A stretch of DNA of 62,991 nucleotides, counting the filler, from Asterionella formosa (Eukaryota): assembly GCA_002256025.1 (NCBI GenBank). It is 15 parts of 15 records of this genome, joined end to end, with 100 filler letters (N's around TTAATTAATTAA, not from the genome) between each part and the next. Parts side by side here need not be neighbours in the genome. Positions count along the whole stretch, not along the records: positions 1 to 22,053 come from NKIB01002873.1; 14 more parts are not named here. One strand, written 5' to 3'. Shown piece by piece: positions 1 to 12,596 of this stretch. A model generated the notes under the pieces. It was not told the origin of the DNA. It was given only the letters and a program-made list of their open reading frames with translations, and ran no database searches. Positions within the stretch are counted from its first letter, which is position 1. Every line of letters begins with the position of its first letter. A program made the translations under genes and the position numbers.

Positions 1-471
1 GCAGGCTATTGTAATCTCTACAATCAACAATGACTTAATAATGTGTCTACAACATCAACTACTAGTACTACGTGTGCTGAATTCTACAGTGTGAATCTTC
101 CTCTTGCATGTGTTATTCTTTGCCAGTTCAGATCAAAGCAATATGTCAGAGCGGAAAAAATAATAAGTGAATTGGAATTGGCAACTGTTTTGTTCATTAT
201 ATGGTGAAAGCAGCATAATATTGCGGCAGAGCAGCATAATTTCGCTTTTATACTGTTGCGATGGCTAGTTGGTCAACATATATTGTCACGAACACACATA
301 ATTATTGGTGTGATCACATAATTATTCGATAAGTGAAATAAATTTTTGTTTAACCCGAATAAATTAGGGAAAAAGTAGCATAATATTTCAAAAAAGCAAC
401 ATAATAATGTAGCATAAATACGTCACTTTAGACATAAATTCGAAAAAGTGCTGTAAACGGCGTCTTAGATG
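1..471. mobile_element. Terminal region of CATCT-ended TIR element (family A1), right end at 471
   Basis: Reverse complement of 18001-18482; homology stops at ...GGCGTCTTAGATG (471). A third, more diverged copy at ~13207-13484 also stops at ...GGTGTCCAAGATG. Confidence 0.7.
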
Positions 472-1781
472 CAACACAATGAATATATATATGTATATAT
501 AAATTTGGGAAGAGAACCTTAATAATTGGTCATGTGAACGATTACAAGATAGATCAAATAAGCTCACAATAAGGTGGGATTAGAACAGAAGGTTTTAATA
601 CACTGAGCTTGTCTAGAAAGAGCTAGCATTGCAGTCAGACTGCAGAAGAATTTAACACGCTTACAAGCATATCAACTTCGTTTCGCAAACATGACTAAAG
701 ACAAACGTGAGACCATTTGCCTTGTGAAGTGCGGATTGATTGAATTGTTTGAAGGATTGCTGTGAAGGAGGCATGTGAGAGTCCAAGAAAAGTGTGGAGA
801 TGGAGCAACAAATATTTGTCTTTTCACCTGGTCGTGCATTGAAAGACCCATTGGCATTGGCATTGGCCAGTCTCGTTCTCGGTGTTGGTATAGGTCTCGC
901 TATTTACTGTTGCAAGTAGAGGAGCATCAAAAGGTTTCATACAAATCGACATGTAGGTTCATATTCCACCAAGTTTGTAGTTTGTTTCTATGTTGTGAGC
1001 CAGAGCGAGCTTTCCCTGATTTCTAAGCACCAAAGTGCATACCGGTATGTCTGGTTAGACTGGCTTGATCATTCTGAGTGATGGTTTCCGACATGGAAGG
1101 GATTACAAGTACGGGTAGAGGCTCCGACATAAATTAAATGAGGAATGTTCCGTGGATAACTGATAACTATATGCCCTGATCTTTGGTCTCAAGTCTATTA
1201 TTGACCGTTGATCTATTGGATTGTATTGAATTGGATCATCAATTCACTGGATGGCTTGGCTCATTGCTGACATTTAAAAAAAATCTAATTGCAGATTTCA
1301 GATCAGAACCTTCATCAGCCGTACCGTCAACCGGACAGGCAGTCGGCAGAGAAGGGTGTGTCGAACAGTCATCGATCCCCAGGTCTTCCGTCGAGTCACA
1401 CCCTCGTATTTGATTCAATTCTGATACCGGTAGGCGATAAAAGAATACAGCGTCGATGTGGTAGACAAAGAACAGTGGTGAGGCCATGAGGCCATCGACA
1501 GAACCTCATGGTGTTTTAATTCAACAAGAACAGAAGTGTATGTGATCTGGTCTGTAAGATATGCATACCACAACGGTACCTGGTACTGTACGGCAATTCG
1601 AATGTATGGCAATGTGGTCAGGGTGACCAAGGCTCTTAATTTCCGTTAATTTTTTAATTGTGAAATAACAAACCCCCCTCCCAATCTCCTCTTAAAGCTT
1701 TTCAGGTCAGTTATCAATCTTGCACTCTCGCAATTCCTCAATTGTTTATCTTCCTTCATATCTTTCATCCTTTTCTTTTTG

Positions 1782-4394
1782 TTACCTGTTTATCTTCTCT
1801 TTTATGTCTATAGAGATAAATGTGACCTGTTTTTGAAATTTTTTACAATCAATAACATGTTTTTTGAGTGCATCCTGCCATGTTTTTCTTGCTAGCTTTT
1901 TCTTGTCAAACTCTTTCAAGCATTGGCGCATCATTCCATCCTTTTCCAGACCTTCAATAAAATTCTCAAAATCCTGTAGCTGGCTCTGGTTAAAACCAGA
2001 CTTCTCGATTTCCTTCAGATTCTTTAAGGGTGAAATATCATTCATCGTCTTTAAAAACCTCTGACATTTCTTAATGCAATCTTTTGGTAATCCAGGAGCA
2101 GGACACCCCAATCCACTTGCAAGTGGCACAGCCATGTTCCATAGCACAGCAATAATCACTCCAATGGCACACAACTTTTCCCCTATTTCAGCAAACATTT
2201 TCATCTTCTTAGAATATGTAATATTTTTAACTTTGTATGACACGAGCGGTTTGAGTGTCATTCCACACAACAACTGAAGGTATACCACTTCAGTTGTACA
2301 TAAGGGGTTTTTCCAGCGTTTGAGAGCAGTTTCTTTTTTGCGACTTCCCCATAACTTCTCAGCTTTATCAATAATCTCATTCATTTCATCCACTTGATTG
2401 TCAGTTCTTCCACACATTGTGGGGTTTTCATTACATGTTTTTTGGAACATTTCAAAATCATCTTTACTGAGAATTTTAAAAATATATGGGCATTTCACTG
2501 TTTCAAGCTGGATCATCAAATCAGGGAATTTCGAGAAGAGCAACTTGACTTCTTGAAATTCAGTTTGGAGTTGGTACATAGAAGTGTGCAAAGCTTCAAT
2601 TTCCTGCTGCAACTTGTTCGGATAAAAGCCTGCATTGTCTTCAAGTTTGTGAATAATTTCTGTCCAACCTTTAAATCGATCTTCTGGATCTTTCTTTAGC
2701 AATTTTTTAAGCAGGGGCTTAAAAAATTGCCAGTCATTGGAATCCGGCATTTTTCTTTGCAGCAATTTATCAAAACCATCATCATTCCAATATACTATCT
2801 TTAATAGCTCAGTGGAATTTACTTCTTCATGATCATTAACATCAAAAAGTTGGTAACCAGTGCAGAGATAATACAGAAGAGCTCCAAAGCACCACATGTC
2901 ATATTGGGGACTGGCATTAACCTCTGTAGGGCTCTGCTCCTTTTCACGCATATGGTACTCAACAACAGCCTGTTCAGGAGGCAAGTATCCAGAGCTTGTT
3001 TGCTTCTGACCAGCCTTTTCAGAGCCAATTATTGCTGCATTATCAAAATCAATTGCAGCATATCCAAGACCCTCACCACGGGACACGAAATTTCTAGCCT
3101 TCACATCTCCATGCATAACCTTACATTTTTCATTTAGGAATTGAAGGCACTTAGCAATGTCGATTGCAATCGAACGCACCAAAAGAATGTCTTTGCCTGC
3201 AATGTTTTGATGCGACAAAATATCACTGAGGTCATTACTGCTCAAACAATCCATGACTAGGAGATGTTTGTATTTCTCCTTACTGTGTTTTTCTTTCCAA
3301 CAGACATTTTTGCACAATTCAATCTTATCAGCATATGCAGCACTCAACCCATCCTTGCTGCTTGTATACTTTGCCCTTACTCTCATTATAAATGAGCCTG
3401 CGTCAGGAATTTCCATGATTGTATTCTGCTTTTCCAACTCATGCAGGAATGTGCTACTGTCTTTGAAGAGCTTGAGCGCTACCTTGATCTCTTGCATGTC
3501 TCCTGATATCTTGTCAAATTCAGTTCCAAACCCCACCACACAGGTATTTGAAACATGCTTATCCTCTTTCTCCATTTGATATTTTCGGAGATGAAGTTTG
3601 TTTGAGTCAACAAGGCATTGAATTTCTTTTTTAATTTCACTGTCAATTCCATTTTCACCAAGGACAAGTTTAGTCAAGACAGTTTGTGATTCAAGAGCTT
3701 TTAAAATCTCTTTGGCGCCATTATCACTGATGGAGTTGCTTGTGAGATAAAGTGTAGTCAAAACAGGATTGACCTTGAGGGCAGCTGCAATGGCCTTGGC
3801 GCCCTCATCACCAATTGAATTCCAATTGAGTTGAAGTGTAGTCAAGACAGTATTGAACTTAAGAGCATCTGCAATGTCCTTGGCGCCCTCATCACCAATT
3901 AAATTACCATTGAGATGAAGTGTCGTCAATACAGTATTGAACTTGAGGGCATCTGCAATGGCCTTGGCGCCATCTTTACCAATTAAATTTCTATGGAGAT
4001 AGATTCTATTCAAGACTTTATTGTACTTTAGGGCCTCTGCAATGGCCTTAACACCATGATCACCAATTTTATTATTTCCGAGCGACAATGTAGTCAAGGC
4101 AGTATTGAACTTGAGGGCGTCTGCAATTGCTTTGGTGCCTTCATCACGAATTGAATTATTTATGATTCTAAGTGTAGTCAAGGAAGTATTGACCTTGAGG
4201 GCATCTGTAATGGCCTCAGCGTCAGCATTAAGGACACTATCATCAAAAGAAAGTTTTGTCAAAAACTTATTGGCCTTGAGGGCATCTGAAAACTTCGACA
4301 AGGATTCCTCATTAAATGAAAAATGCCTGATAACAAGTTCAGTCTCTTGTGGATCGTTCTTTTCCAAAAGATTGACATAAACCAATGAAGACAT
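1782..4394 (-). CDS. LRR (ribonuclease-inhibitor/NLRC3-like 28-aa repeats) + Ser/Thr-like protein kinase + helical C-terminal region, 870 aa, intronless
   Basis: Uninterrupted ORF. About 7 tandem 84-bp repeats encoding LTTLxLxxNxIGDxGAKAIADALKxN (~3680-4290). Kinase motifs VALK, HGDVKARN, DFD (DFG position), PPE (APE position), DMWCFG. Confidence 0.9.
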   Translation of the reverse strand: MSSLVYVNLLEKNDPQETELVIRHFSFNEESLSKFSDALKANKFLTKLSFDDSVLNADAEAITDALKVNTSLTTLRIINNSIRDEGTKAIADALKFNTALTTLSLGNNKIGDHGVKAIAEALKYNKVLNRIYLHRNLIGKDGAKAIADALKFNTVLTTLHLNGNLIGDEGAKDIADALKFNTVLTTLQLNWNSIGDEGAKAIAAALKVNPVLTTLYLTSNSISDNGAKEILKALESQTVLTKLVLGENGIDSEIKKEIQCLVDSNKLHLRKYQMEKEDKHVSNTCVVGFGTEFDKISGDMQEIKVALKLFKDSSTFLHELEKQNTIMEIPDAGSFIMRVRAKYTSSKDGLSAAYADKIELCKNVCWKEKHSKEKYKHLLVMDCLSSNDLSDILSHQNIAGKDILLVRSIAIDIAKCLQFLNEKCKVMHGDVKARNFVSRGEGLGYAAIDFDNAAIIGSEKAGQKQTSSGYLPPEQAVVEYHMREKEQSPTEVNASPQYDMWCFGALLYYLCTGYQLFDVNDHEEVNSTELLKIVYWNDDGFDKLLQRKMPDSNDWQFFKPLLKKLLKKDPEDRFKGWTEIIHKLEDNAGFYPNKLQQEIEALHTSMYQLQTEFQEVKLLFSKFPDLMIQLETVKCPYIFKILSKDDFEMFQKTCNENPTMCGRTDNQVDEMNEIIDKAEKLWGSRKKETALKRWKNPLCTTEVVYLQLLCGMTLKPLVSYKVKNITYSKKMKMFAEIGEKLCAIGVIIAVLWNMAVPLASGLGCPAPGLPKDCIKKCQRFLKTMNDISPLKNLKEIEKSGFNQSQLQDFENFIEGLEKDGMMRQCLKEFDKKKLARKTWQDALKKHVIDCKKFQKQVTFISIDIKEKINR

Positions 4395-4439
4395 GGTCGA
4401 TGTCGTCCTTAATGTTTAATTCACAAGTTCGGACTCGAG

Positions 4440-4460
4440 TTAGGGTTAGGGTTAGGGTTA
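4440..4460 (+). repeat. Interstitial telomere-type repeat (TTAGGG)3TTA
   Basis: ttagggttagggttagggtta read directly, between the LRR-kinase ATG (4394) and the truncated Copia gag. Confidence 0.85.
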
Positions 4461-7110
4461 CCAATCCATGCAGCGATGCTGTCTACGAAACTACAGATAA
4501 AGACGATGTCAAGAAGATCTATGAGATGAACAATCACGCATACCAGCTCCTGGTTACGAGTTGCACTGGGATTGCGTTCAGGTTGGTTAACCAAGCCAAG
4601 ACAAAGAATCATCAAGACGGCGATGCATTCCTTGATTGGACCTACCTCAAGGCTCGTTATGTTCCTAATGGTACAAGTGACCTAATCCAACTGTCAGGAC
4701 AGTTCAACAACAAGTGCATCTTTGAGGGGAAGATGCAAGACCTAGACGAATGGTTCATCCAACTTGAGTTGTTGAGGAATCGAATGGCGACAATTGATTT
4801 TGCCTACGAAAAGAAGGATCTTGAGATGATTGCCCACATGTACACGCCTAAGTTTCACAAGAACATTGTCAGTCTGGGCGTCTTAATCCGTGATGGTTTT
4901 GACCTTTCAGTGACAGGTCTACAATGACAGTTTAAAAAGGTCGTGGAGGATATATTTCAATTAACGGAGAGACCGATGGAGTTCTCTATTATTATAAAGG
5001 AAGTCGCGCGAGTTATGCCAATGTCTTATCCATGGTTATTGCCACACCATTGTCCCAGGGGGCCGATAGTACCAAATACTTGTCTACAAAAACCCATACA
5101 GTAATGAGTGGGGAGGACAAAATGAAGTCAAAGGACATCAACAAGCAAGGCACACGATATCTATGGGCATATTGGGGAAGCTGCACTATGTGCTACGTTC
5201 AAAGCACTGAAGAGAGAACTTACTGGTACCCTCCGTTCCTGTGATGGATGCTCTAAGGTAAAGGCGAAAGCAAAGGCAGTTTCAAAAGTTTCAACTGTAC
5301 AGGCTAAACTACCCGGTGAACGGATATTTGTGGATACTTCAGGGCCGTACAAAAAGTCTATTGTGGGAAGCAATTACTGGATACTTGTGATTGATCAATT
5401 CTCAGGAAAGTCATGGAGCTTTTTTGTTAAGAAGAATAATTTACTATCCAAAATTGTGGACAAGCTATTTATCAAGCTATTTGCAGCAAATTATGTCATT
5501 GAGTATCTACGATGTGATAATTCAGGTGAAAATCTCGAAAATTTGTCATTTGTATGCACCAAGTATGGTATTCAGATTGAATACATGGCACCAAATACAC
5601 CTCAGCAAAACGGTGTTGTTGAGCGCAAGTTTGTCACCATACATGATAGAAGCTGTGCTGCTATGATCAATGCAAAGCTAAATGATGAGTTTCAAGGACT
5701 TTTTTGGGCAGAATGTGCCAACACAATGACTTGAGTGATAAATGTAGTTTTGAATTCAAGAAATATCAAGTGTCCTGATTGGCTATGGTATGGGAAACAA
5801 CCTACAATCTATGAACACTTGATCCAATTTGGACGAATTGGATATGCCACCGTAAGAACTTCTAAGCAAGTAAATGTGTCATGATTGGATGCTCTGAAAA
5901 CCACTCAGGTGATACCTACCGACTCATTAACCCTGTAACCAAGAAGGTGATTCAGAACCATGATGTAAAATGGATAGAATGGAATGGAGAAACAAACCTA
6001 CCGATGATCTGACCATTTTCAAGACTGGGATTGATGAAATTGAGTTTGAGGAGGAACTTGACCGGCCTGTTGCACCAAATCCGACTGTCATACCAGATGA
6101 TGAGACTGGATCACTTTCGACTCTTGATGACTTGCAGGTCTCTGAAGCAGGGAGGAATGAAGGTTCAAATACTTCAAAACCTGCTATTACAAGAGCTGAA
6201 CGAGAGCTCAAGAAACTTGGTCATGAAACTGCTCCAACAATGTCTACACTATGTTCTGGAAGATTGCATACTATTGTAGATGATGATCATGATCTAGATT
6301 CTAAGCCTACTTCATCCATGGAGGTTCATCATATCTACAGCTCTAAACTTGCATCAGATCCAGGTGAACCCAAGACCTACAGTGCGGCACTGAAAGCAGA
6401 TGATAGAGAAAAATGGATTCCAGCAAACAAAAGTGAAATTAATGATTTTATAAAACGAAAAGTCTGGTCAAAATTCCCACGATTTGAATTGCATGGACGC
6501 AAGCCGCTTGGGAGTCGATAGGTCTTAAAGAAAAATAAGGAACAAGACTTGACTACACGCTACAAGGCACATGTGGTCGTCAAGGGATATGTCCAAATCC
6601 CCAGTGTTGATTTTATCGACTCGTTTGCACCTGTGGCTACAGATACAAGTATCAGAGTTGTCTTTTCAATCACCATGCACAAGAAGACATGGACTTTGGA
6701 GGTCATTGATGTCGAAGCATCCTTTCTTGAAGGAGATTTAGAGGAAGACATCTACCTTGAATGGCCTGAAGGCGTTGTTGAGTTTGGTTTTGAAGACAAC
6801 TAAGTTGTCTCAGAAAATTGTATTCTTCTAAGTAAAGCCATGTATGGAACAGTGCAGGCTGCACGACAGTGGTAGAAGAAACTTGTGGAGCGTCTGATTC
6901 TCATTGGAATGAAACAGAGCAAAGTGGATCCATGCATTTTCTTCTTGAAACGTGATTTGAAATTGGCTCTAATTGTTTGTATCTATGTTGACGACTGCAA
7001 TGTTGCAGGAGAACAAGCCGATGTTGACTGGCTTAAGGCTGAAGCCAAGAAGCATTTCACCATAAAGGAACTCGGACCAATCAAGAAACATTTAGGATTT
7101 TGGTATGACT
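4461..7110 (+). mobile_element. Decayed Ty1/Copia LTR retrotransposon internal region (partial gag, GAG-pre-integrase, integrase, RT)
   Basis: gag (AYQLLVTSC..GDAF..W..LKARY). Zn motif GHIGE...CDGC. Integrase VDTSGP / LRCDNSGEN / TPQQNGVVERKF. RT YKAHVVVKGYVQ, DSFAPVA, KAMYGTVQAARQW, QSKVDPC, YVDD. INT before RT is the Copia order. Stops (~5732, 6519, 6801, 6873), frameshifts and an internal gag-PR deletion; no LTR or RNase H seen. Confidence 0.92.
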
Positions 7111-7699
7111 GGCCTGTCGTTGTGGTACTACAGGTATAGTACTAGTACCATTATATTTTCCTCCTAGCCCCCTCCTTGCTAGTTCGCTATTAACCTCACT
7201 CTGTCAATTCTCACCATTCCTTAAATTATGAGCTTAAACTAAAACCTAGTTTCAATCCAATTTATAACACTTTAAGAACAAGTTCTTAGTGTTCACTTTT
7301 AGTTAATGCAAACCTACTTCTGATTCTTGATCTGAAACTTCAGTCTCGTTAGCAAGAGTCTTGACATGGAAACGCGCCATTTGATCATTTGGAAAAAAGT
7401 CGAGTCCAAAGTCCTCGTGACTCGTAACAGCTATTGATTCTTGATTATACCGGAAGGTCTGGTAGTGCACGTTTTATGTGCACCTTTTCAGTTTCAATGC
7501 ACCACTTTCAATAGAATGTCTCATGCCTGCTGGACGAAATAGACTGGCTTTTCATTCCAAACTCTCTTAAGTAAATTTCTTCAATATTTTTTATCATTCA
7601 TCGAATGCAAGTTTTGTTCTGATCATCGAAATTGTGTTAACCTACTACTGCTGGTAATGGTATTCAGCAACTGGATGATGGTTTGCTAATGGGATTCAC

Positions 7700-7805
7700 C
7701 AATCAGAAATTTCTAGTCGTAATCAGCAAATTCTGGTTGCTGTCAGAAAAATTTTAACTGTTGCCAGCAAGTTCTACTAGTCGTTTTCAGCAGATTTCTA
7801 GTCAC
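7700..7805. repeat. Degenerate ~20-bp tandem motif (TCAGCAAATTCTAG-like)
   Basis: About 5 imperfect units here; similar units at ~8860-8930. Confidence 0.5.
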
Positions 7806-7831
7806 ACATGTATGTAGTCACCAGCTGGATC

Positions 7832-8360
7832 AGCAATTCTCGCTCCAGCTATCTTCTTGCCATTCGGGTACTTCTAAGTAGTTTTTAGGCTCTAAGTAAT
7901 TTTTATTTAGGAGCAATATGGGGCACATCGAATTTGTCGGCATTAAAATTGCCGATTTTTAGCATAACAGCCAGAATAACGGTAATATGCGTAAAACACA
8001 CGAGAAAAATAGTAACAACATGCAACATCAATGAAAATTAAACATGATGTTTGGAGCAACCACAATATGAAATGCGATTTAATAAGTTGCATAAAATTAG
8101 AAAGAGAAAAAATTGTTTTGGGTTAGAAATGAAGTACGAAATAGGAGTTTCAATGGAGACGTATGCATTGTGACATTGTAGCTAGTACTTACACAGGAGG
8201 CAACATTGACTTCTTTCCGTTAGTACCACACAAGAATCAAAGACCGAAATGAGAAAAAAAAGCGGAAACCAATTAGACCTGCATCGTTATGTAGCGTAGA
8301 TGGTCTGGTTGCTGCAACCATTCACATTGCTGTAGGAGTCTGACACCAGTAGTAGCAGAT
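7832..8360 (+). repeat. Dispersed repeat family B (probable non-autonomous element)
   Basis: Core AATTCCCGCTCCAG...TTCTAAGTAATTTTTAGGCTCTAAGTAAT...GGGGCAATATGGGGCA...GACAGCCAGAATAACGGT. Recurs at ~15300-15660 and ~32922-33460; fragments at 26502-26580, ~27480-27800, ~34596-34650, ~36419-36474. Confidence 0.8.
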
Positions 8361-9631
8361 ACGCCATCGGCGACTTCAATTTTCGTTGTCAATATTAGTG
8401 ATATTACAATTATATATTACGATTTCCATGGAGAAATTCGTTATTTTCGACAAGGTCAAGGCGGAGACGACATGATGCAGGATTCTCCAGCAGTGCACAA
8501 GAACTACACTCTAGTATTTTAATACAAAGAAAGAAATCAAAACATCTAAGCTAAATAATTATATACTAGCTTCTTTTAGGGCTCCCTCGGGTCCCAGTTA
8601 CCCTGAAATATCATATACTGGTATCCTACTACTTGGCTATCAATGTTATTTTTATGTGATATATGTATGATATTGCAAATAGTCTAGTACAGCGGTACCC
8701 TGGTATGCTGTGCGTTGTATCTGGTGTGATGATGACTGTGACCATGTATATAGGTATTACGTTACATTTGCTTATATCTAGCCATTACTATTGGCAAGGC
8801 AATCAGGGGGTAGCGGTTGTGCTCGTTCATGTATATACTTCATAGGCATAAGTGTCATTCAGAAATCTATTCTTATCCGCAAGTTCTAGCTGTTGTCAGC
8901 AAATTCTTGTCATTTTCAGCAAGTTCTAAACGTGGAAAGGTAGGATTCCTATGTGGATTCCGAAGCTAGAAGACAGTTTGCTGAACCCGGTCATCAGTCC
9001 TCAGCAAATCCGAGTCGTGTTCAGAGACTCACTCTGCAAATCGTCATCGTATCGTTTCCTAAATTACTCACGGAAAAGTTTTTTCATCGAAGCTGGCCTA
9101 TCTCGTCCGGCAGGCATGAGACAATCCATTGGAGTGCATCGAAACTGAAAAAGTGCGCATAAAACATGCGCTACCGGGCCTTCCCAGTATACCGCTATAC
9201 CAGTAAGAAGCTATTACTAGGCAAGCCGGTGCCAGTTTTTATTAACTACAAGCTTTACCAGTACCAGCAGTAGTGTACCCACACATGGAGCACTAGTCTT
9301 CTGCAGATCCATATGTGCAAGCAAGTTACAGTATAGGCCTTTTCTATAATTAAACACTGATCACCTGTGAGGAAAGTAGCAGCAAGGAGATACCATATTG
9401 CAGGGAACCACATGGCACTGAAGGCAGTGAAAACTTCAGTACATGTGAGAGGAGGACAAGCTATGGCACCAGGTTTTGGCTTGAGTGAGATGTCATTCAA
9501 ATTCATGGAGAAAAGTGTCATCTGGGGCAGCTCCGACACCCCATAAGTGTCGGCCAGAAATCGATCACTCAACTTAAGGGATAGAGGATGTATGGAGGTA
9601 ACATCCAGAGGTACATGTAAAACTTTGTTCA

Positions 9632-9867
9632 GAATCAAAAATGTCAATTTTAATTTTACAGTACGTTAAAGCTAGCAAAAAATCGTACTCAGGCCCAAAT
9701 AAATGGACACAATTATTACCGGTTTTATTTGTCTGTACGGTACAACAGGACCTGTCTTTTCTTCAGCCGTATCCCCAGAACCCTGGGGACTACATGAACA
9801 AAGGATGGAGAATGCAGGAATCGAACCTGCTACCGAACAAGGAGTGCCAACCACTAAGCCATTCCCC
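9632..9867 (-). mobile_element. tRNA(Ala)-derived SINE-like element, copy 1
   Basis: Minus strand GGGGAATGGCTTAGTGG (A box)...GGTTCGATTCC (B box)...ATTCTCCA. Body and tail share motifs with 45569-45786. Flanked by imperfect direct repeats taaaactttgttca (9618-9631) / taaaacattgctca (9868-9881). Confidence 0.7.
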
Positions 9868-9977
9868 TAAAACATTGCTCATATGACTGTTAAGTAACTG
9901 GAAGAGATTTTGTTTCCATGGTCCATGCTTCTCGATTTTTTAAATTCATTTGTGCTATCACTTGCCAAATGAAATTC

Positions 9978-10110
9978 CAAATGCTGATTTTACCATCAAA
10001 CACGCACACTTTGTTATCGGCGAAACGCAGATGACTGAGAGGAGAGGCCAAATGCCGTTTTACCATCAAACACGCACACTTTCTTATCGTCGAAACGCAG
10101 AGCGATGACT
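9978..10110 (+). repeat. Two ~70-bp tandem direct repeats
   Basis: CCAAATGC..TTTTACCATCAAACACGCACACTTT.TTATCG.CGAAACGCAGA occurs twice. Confidence 0.8.
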
Positions 10111-10429
10111 TACAGCAGAGGTTTCATTACTCTTTTTGCACGAAAGTGTCTGAAAATATACAATGTATATCTAGCAGCTCAATAATTATCTTTTGTTAGG
10201 TTAATGTCTGTTTTAGATTTCATGATAGCAGTGGGATCATCAAATATAAAAAGGAAATATTTGCACACAAAAGCAAACAATATTTATACATACAAAGTAG
10301 TAATGATAACAAGCACACCAGCAAGTGTGACCAAAAGCCAAGAAAATTTAAGCATCCAGTCATAATGTGTCATTGTACATTTCTTATGGCTTGCCCTGGT
10401 GGCAGCATTGAAGACGGCAACATCTACGA

Positions 10430-10965
10430 ATAAAAAGTATCATGCATATACTTAGATCAAGGGTATTGTACGCTAGCTAAGTGGCACAGGATTTTCGTAT
10501 GTATGATAATTTTTGGATCAAAACTATGATCAAGGTATCCTGTACTAGGCCTAGTACTATGCTGATTTATTAATATTTTACCAACCTTGAAGTATAATGA
10601 TAGTAAGAACAACATTATCATCACACAATGTATATCAACTGGTCAACAACATTTGTCATCAATATCATAAACCTTCTCGTATTTTTTTCACTTCTTGTGA
10701 TCGCCAAATGTAAATTATTAGTATAACGCATCCTTAAATCAGCTAAACTCTATGCTATCATGTGAATTGTTTCATTGTATATCTATCTTAAACATGATCA
10801 TAATTCTAATCACAAGCATTGTTCAAAAAGGATTGGAATGGATCGTAGTTTAACTATCAAATTTAGCCATGCTATCTATTATTCTACAGGCCAGCAACCC
10901 AATGTTTCTCTCTCTACTCGACTCAATGTATATTGATCCTGTCTCGCCCTTTTCTTCCTCTTTTC
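10430..10965. repeat. Dispersed repeat, inverted paralog at ~39867-40386
   Basis: Blocks such as GTGGCACAGGATTTTCGTATGTATGATAATTTTTGGATCAAAAC and GTCTCGCCCTTTTCTTCCTCTTTTCT match the reverse complement of 39867-40386. Confidence 0.85.
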
Positions 10966-11359
10966 TACTATTCCGTTGTTTGATTGGTTTTATTGTCCTA
11001 TGCAGTTACAGTAACAACGAGAAGGAATGACTTGTTAGCTAGTCATGTTACACTGACACAACATCACGCCATTTCATCGTATCCTCTTGCATGCTTCACT
11101 TACCACAAATCAAAGTAACTGATGCATAATTCTGTCATGATAAATTGTCAGTAAATTCTTGAATAAGTAAGTTTCAGGTATCCAATGTTGTCGAATAAAA
11201 CTTACCGATTCATTTCCGTTAGCTTCTTAACTTTGAGAGAAGGTACCAAACATATCCGTCAGTTATGTTCCAACAGAAGTGAATAGGTCCAACAACAAGA
11301 GCACTTACCAATTTTGTTTTGTTTTACATTGGTGCTCCCCAACAATCAAAAAGAGCTAT

Positions 11360-12420
11360 TGATTCAACTGAGAAGAAAGGAAACGTGCGTTTAGTTTACA
11401 ATTTGTTGTTGTCCTCCCAACAATTGTCATCCAAGTACCACATTGATGGCTTCATTACCTTAAACATACTCCATACTTCGAAGGCACAATGTGTCGAAGC
11501 CACAGTGTTTTGTTATTCCGTTAACTTGCTTTCCTTGTCATATGCTGTGCTACGATATTTATTTTCATGAAGCAGGCATTGTTTGTTGACATGACAGAAC
11601 GATTTCAAATATATTTGCCATGTATATAGTTATAAAATTTGTAAATATATAAATATATCAAGTGACGTACATTTATGAAATTCAAAGGCCCTCTCAATAT
11701 GGCATGTCTGGTATTGTTGAGATGATCATATTTGCATATAGATAACTCGAAAATATTCAATGCACGATATGTCTATTGTTTTCCACGACTTCGTGTACCG
11801 GTACTGTTTCTGAAATTTGTTTGCAACAATATTTTCTACGTCCATTGGAACTAATTATTTAGACCATTCAATTGGTGTAAGTCACAACCCAATTTTATGA
11901 TCATAACATTTTATCATATATATATACAGAGTACCAGTAGCAGGTAGGAAGTGATATACTTGGGGTAGTCGGAGTATTAAGCGAGCAACAGAACACCATA
12001 TGTTCAGGACTGTTGCTACTGCAGCGGGACAGTAAATCATCATAGTTTCAGGATCGTATGATCGTAAAATTGAAAGGGGAAAGTCTGAGTAGTAAGCGAG
12101 CATCAGAACACCATATGTTCATGACTGTTGCTACTGCAGCGGGACAGTAAATTATCATAGTTTCAGGATCATATGATCGCAAAATTGAAAAAGGATAGTC
12201 GGATTAGTAAGCTAGCAACAGAACACCATATGTTCATGACTGTTGCTACTGCAGCGGGACAGTAAATCATCATAGTTTCATGATTGTATGATCGTAAAAA
12301 TGAAAAATGATAGTCGGATTAGTAAGCGAGCAACAGAACACCATATGTTCAGGACTGTTGCTACTGCAGTGCGACAGTAAATCATCATAGTTTCAAGATT
12401 GTATGATTGCAAAATTGAAA
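11360..12420. repeat. Dispersed repeat ending in a ~115-bp tandem array (4 units, 11978-12420); inverted paralog at ~56207-57207
   Basis: Units start TAAGCGAGCAACAGAACACCATATGTTCA at ~11978, 12093, 12208, 12323. The array and its left flank recur inverted on the 55862-57207 contig. Confidence 0.85.
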
Positions 12421-12596
12421 GCAAGATATGCTGTTACTCAAACTTGGTTCTGATCTTGTAAATGATAATATATATAGCACTGTTGGTCTTATGGTATCAA
12501 ATATAGACAGCGTAAAATATCATATGTAGTGCCTGATGATTCATTTCATTGTAGCAACACCTGATTTTTAGATCATCAAACTTAAGCAAGACAGCG

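Noticed and set aside
1864..4380. Short antisense ORFs over the kinase gene (likewise over the IQ, HMGR and LINE ORFs)
   Set aside because: Shadow ORFs of real coding regions.
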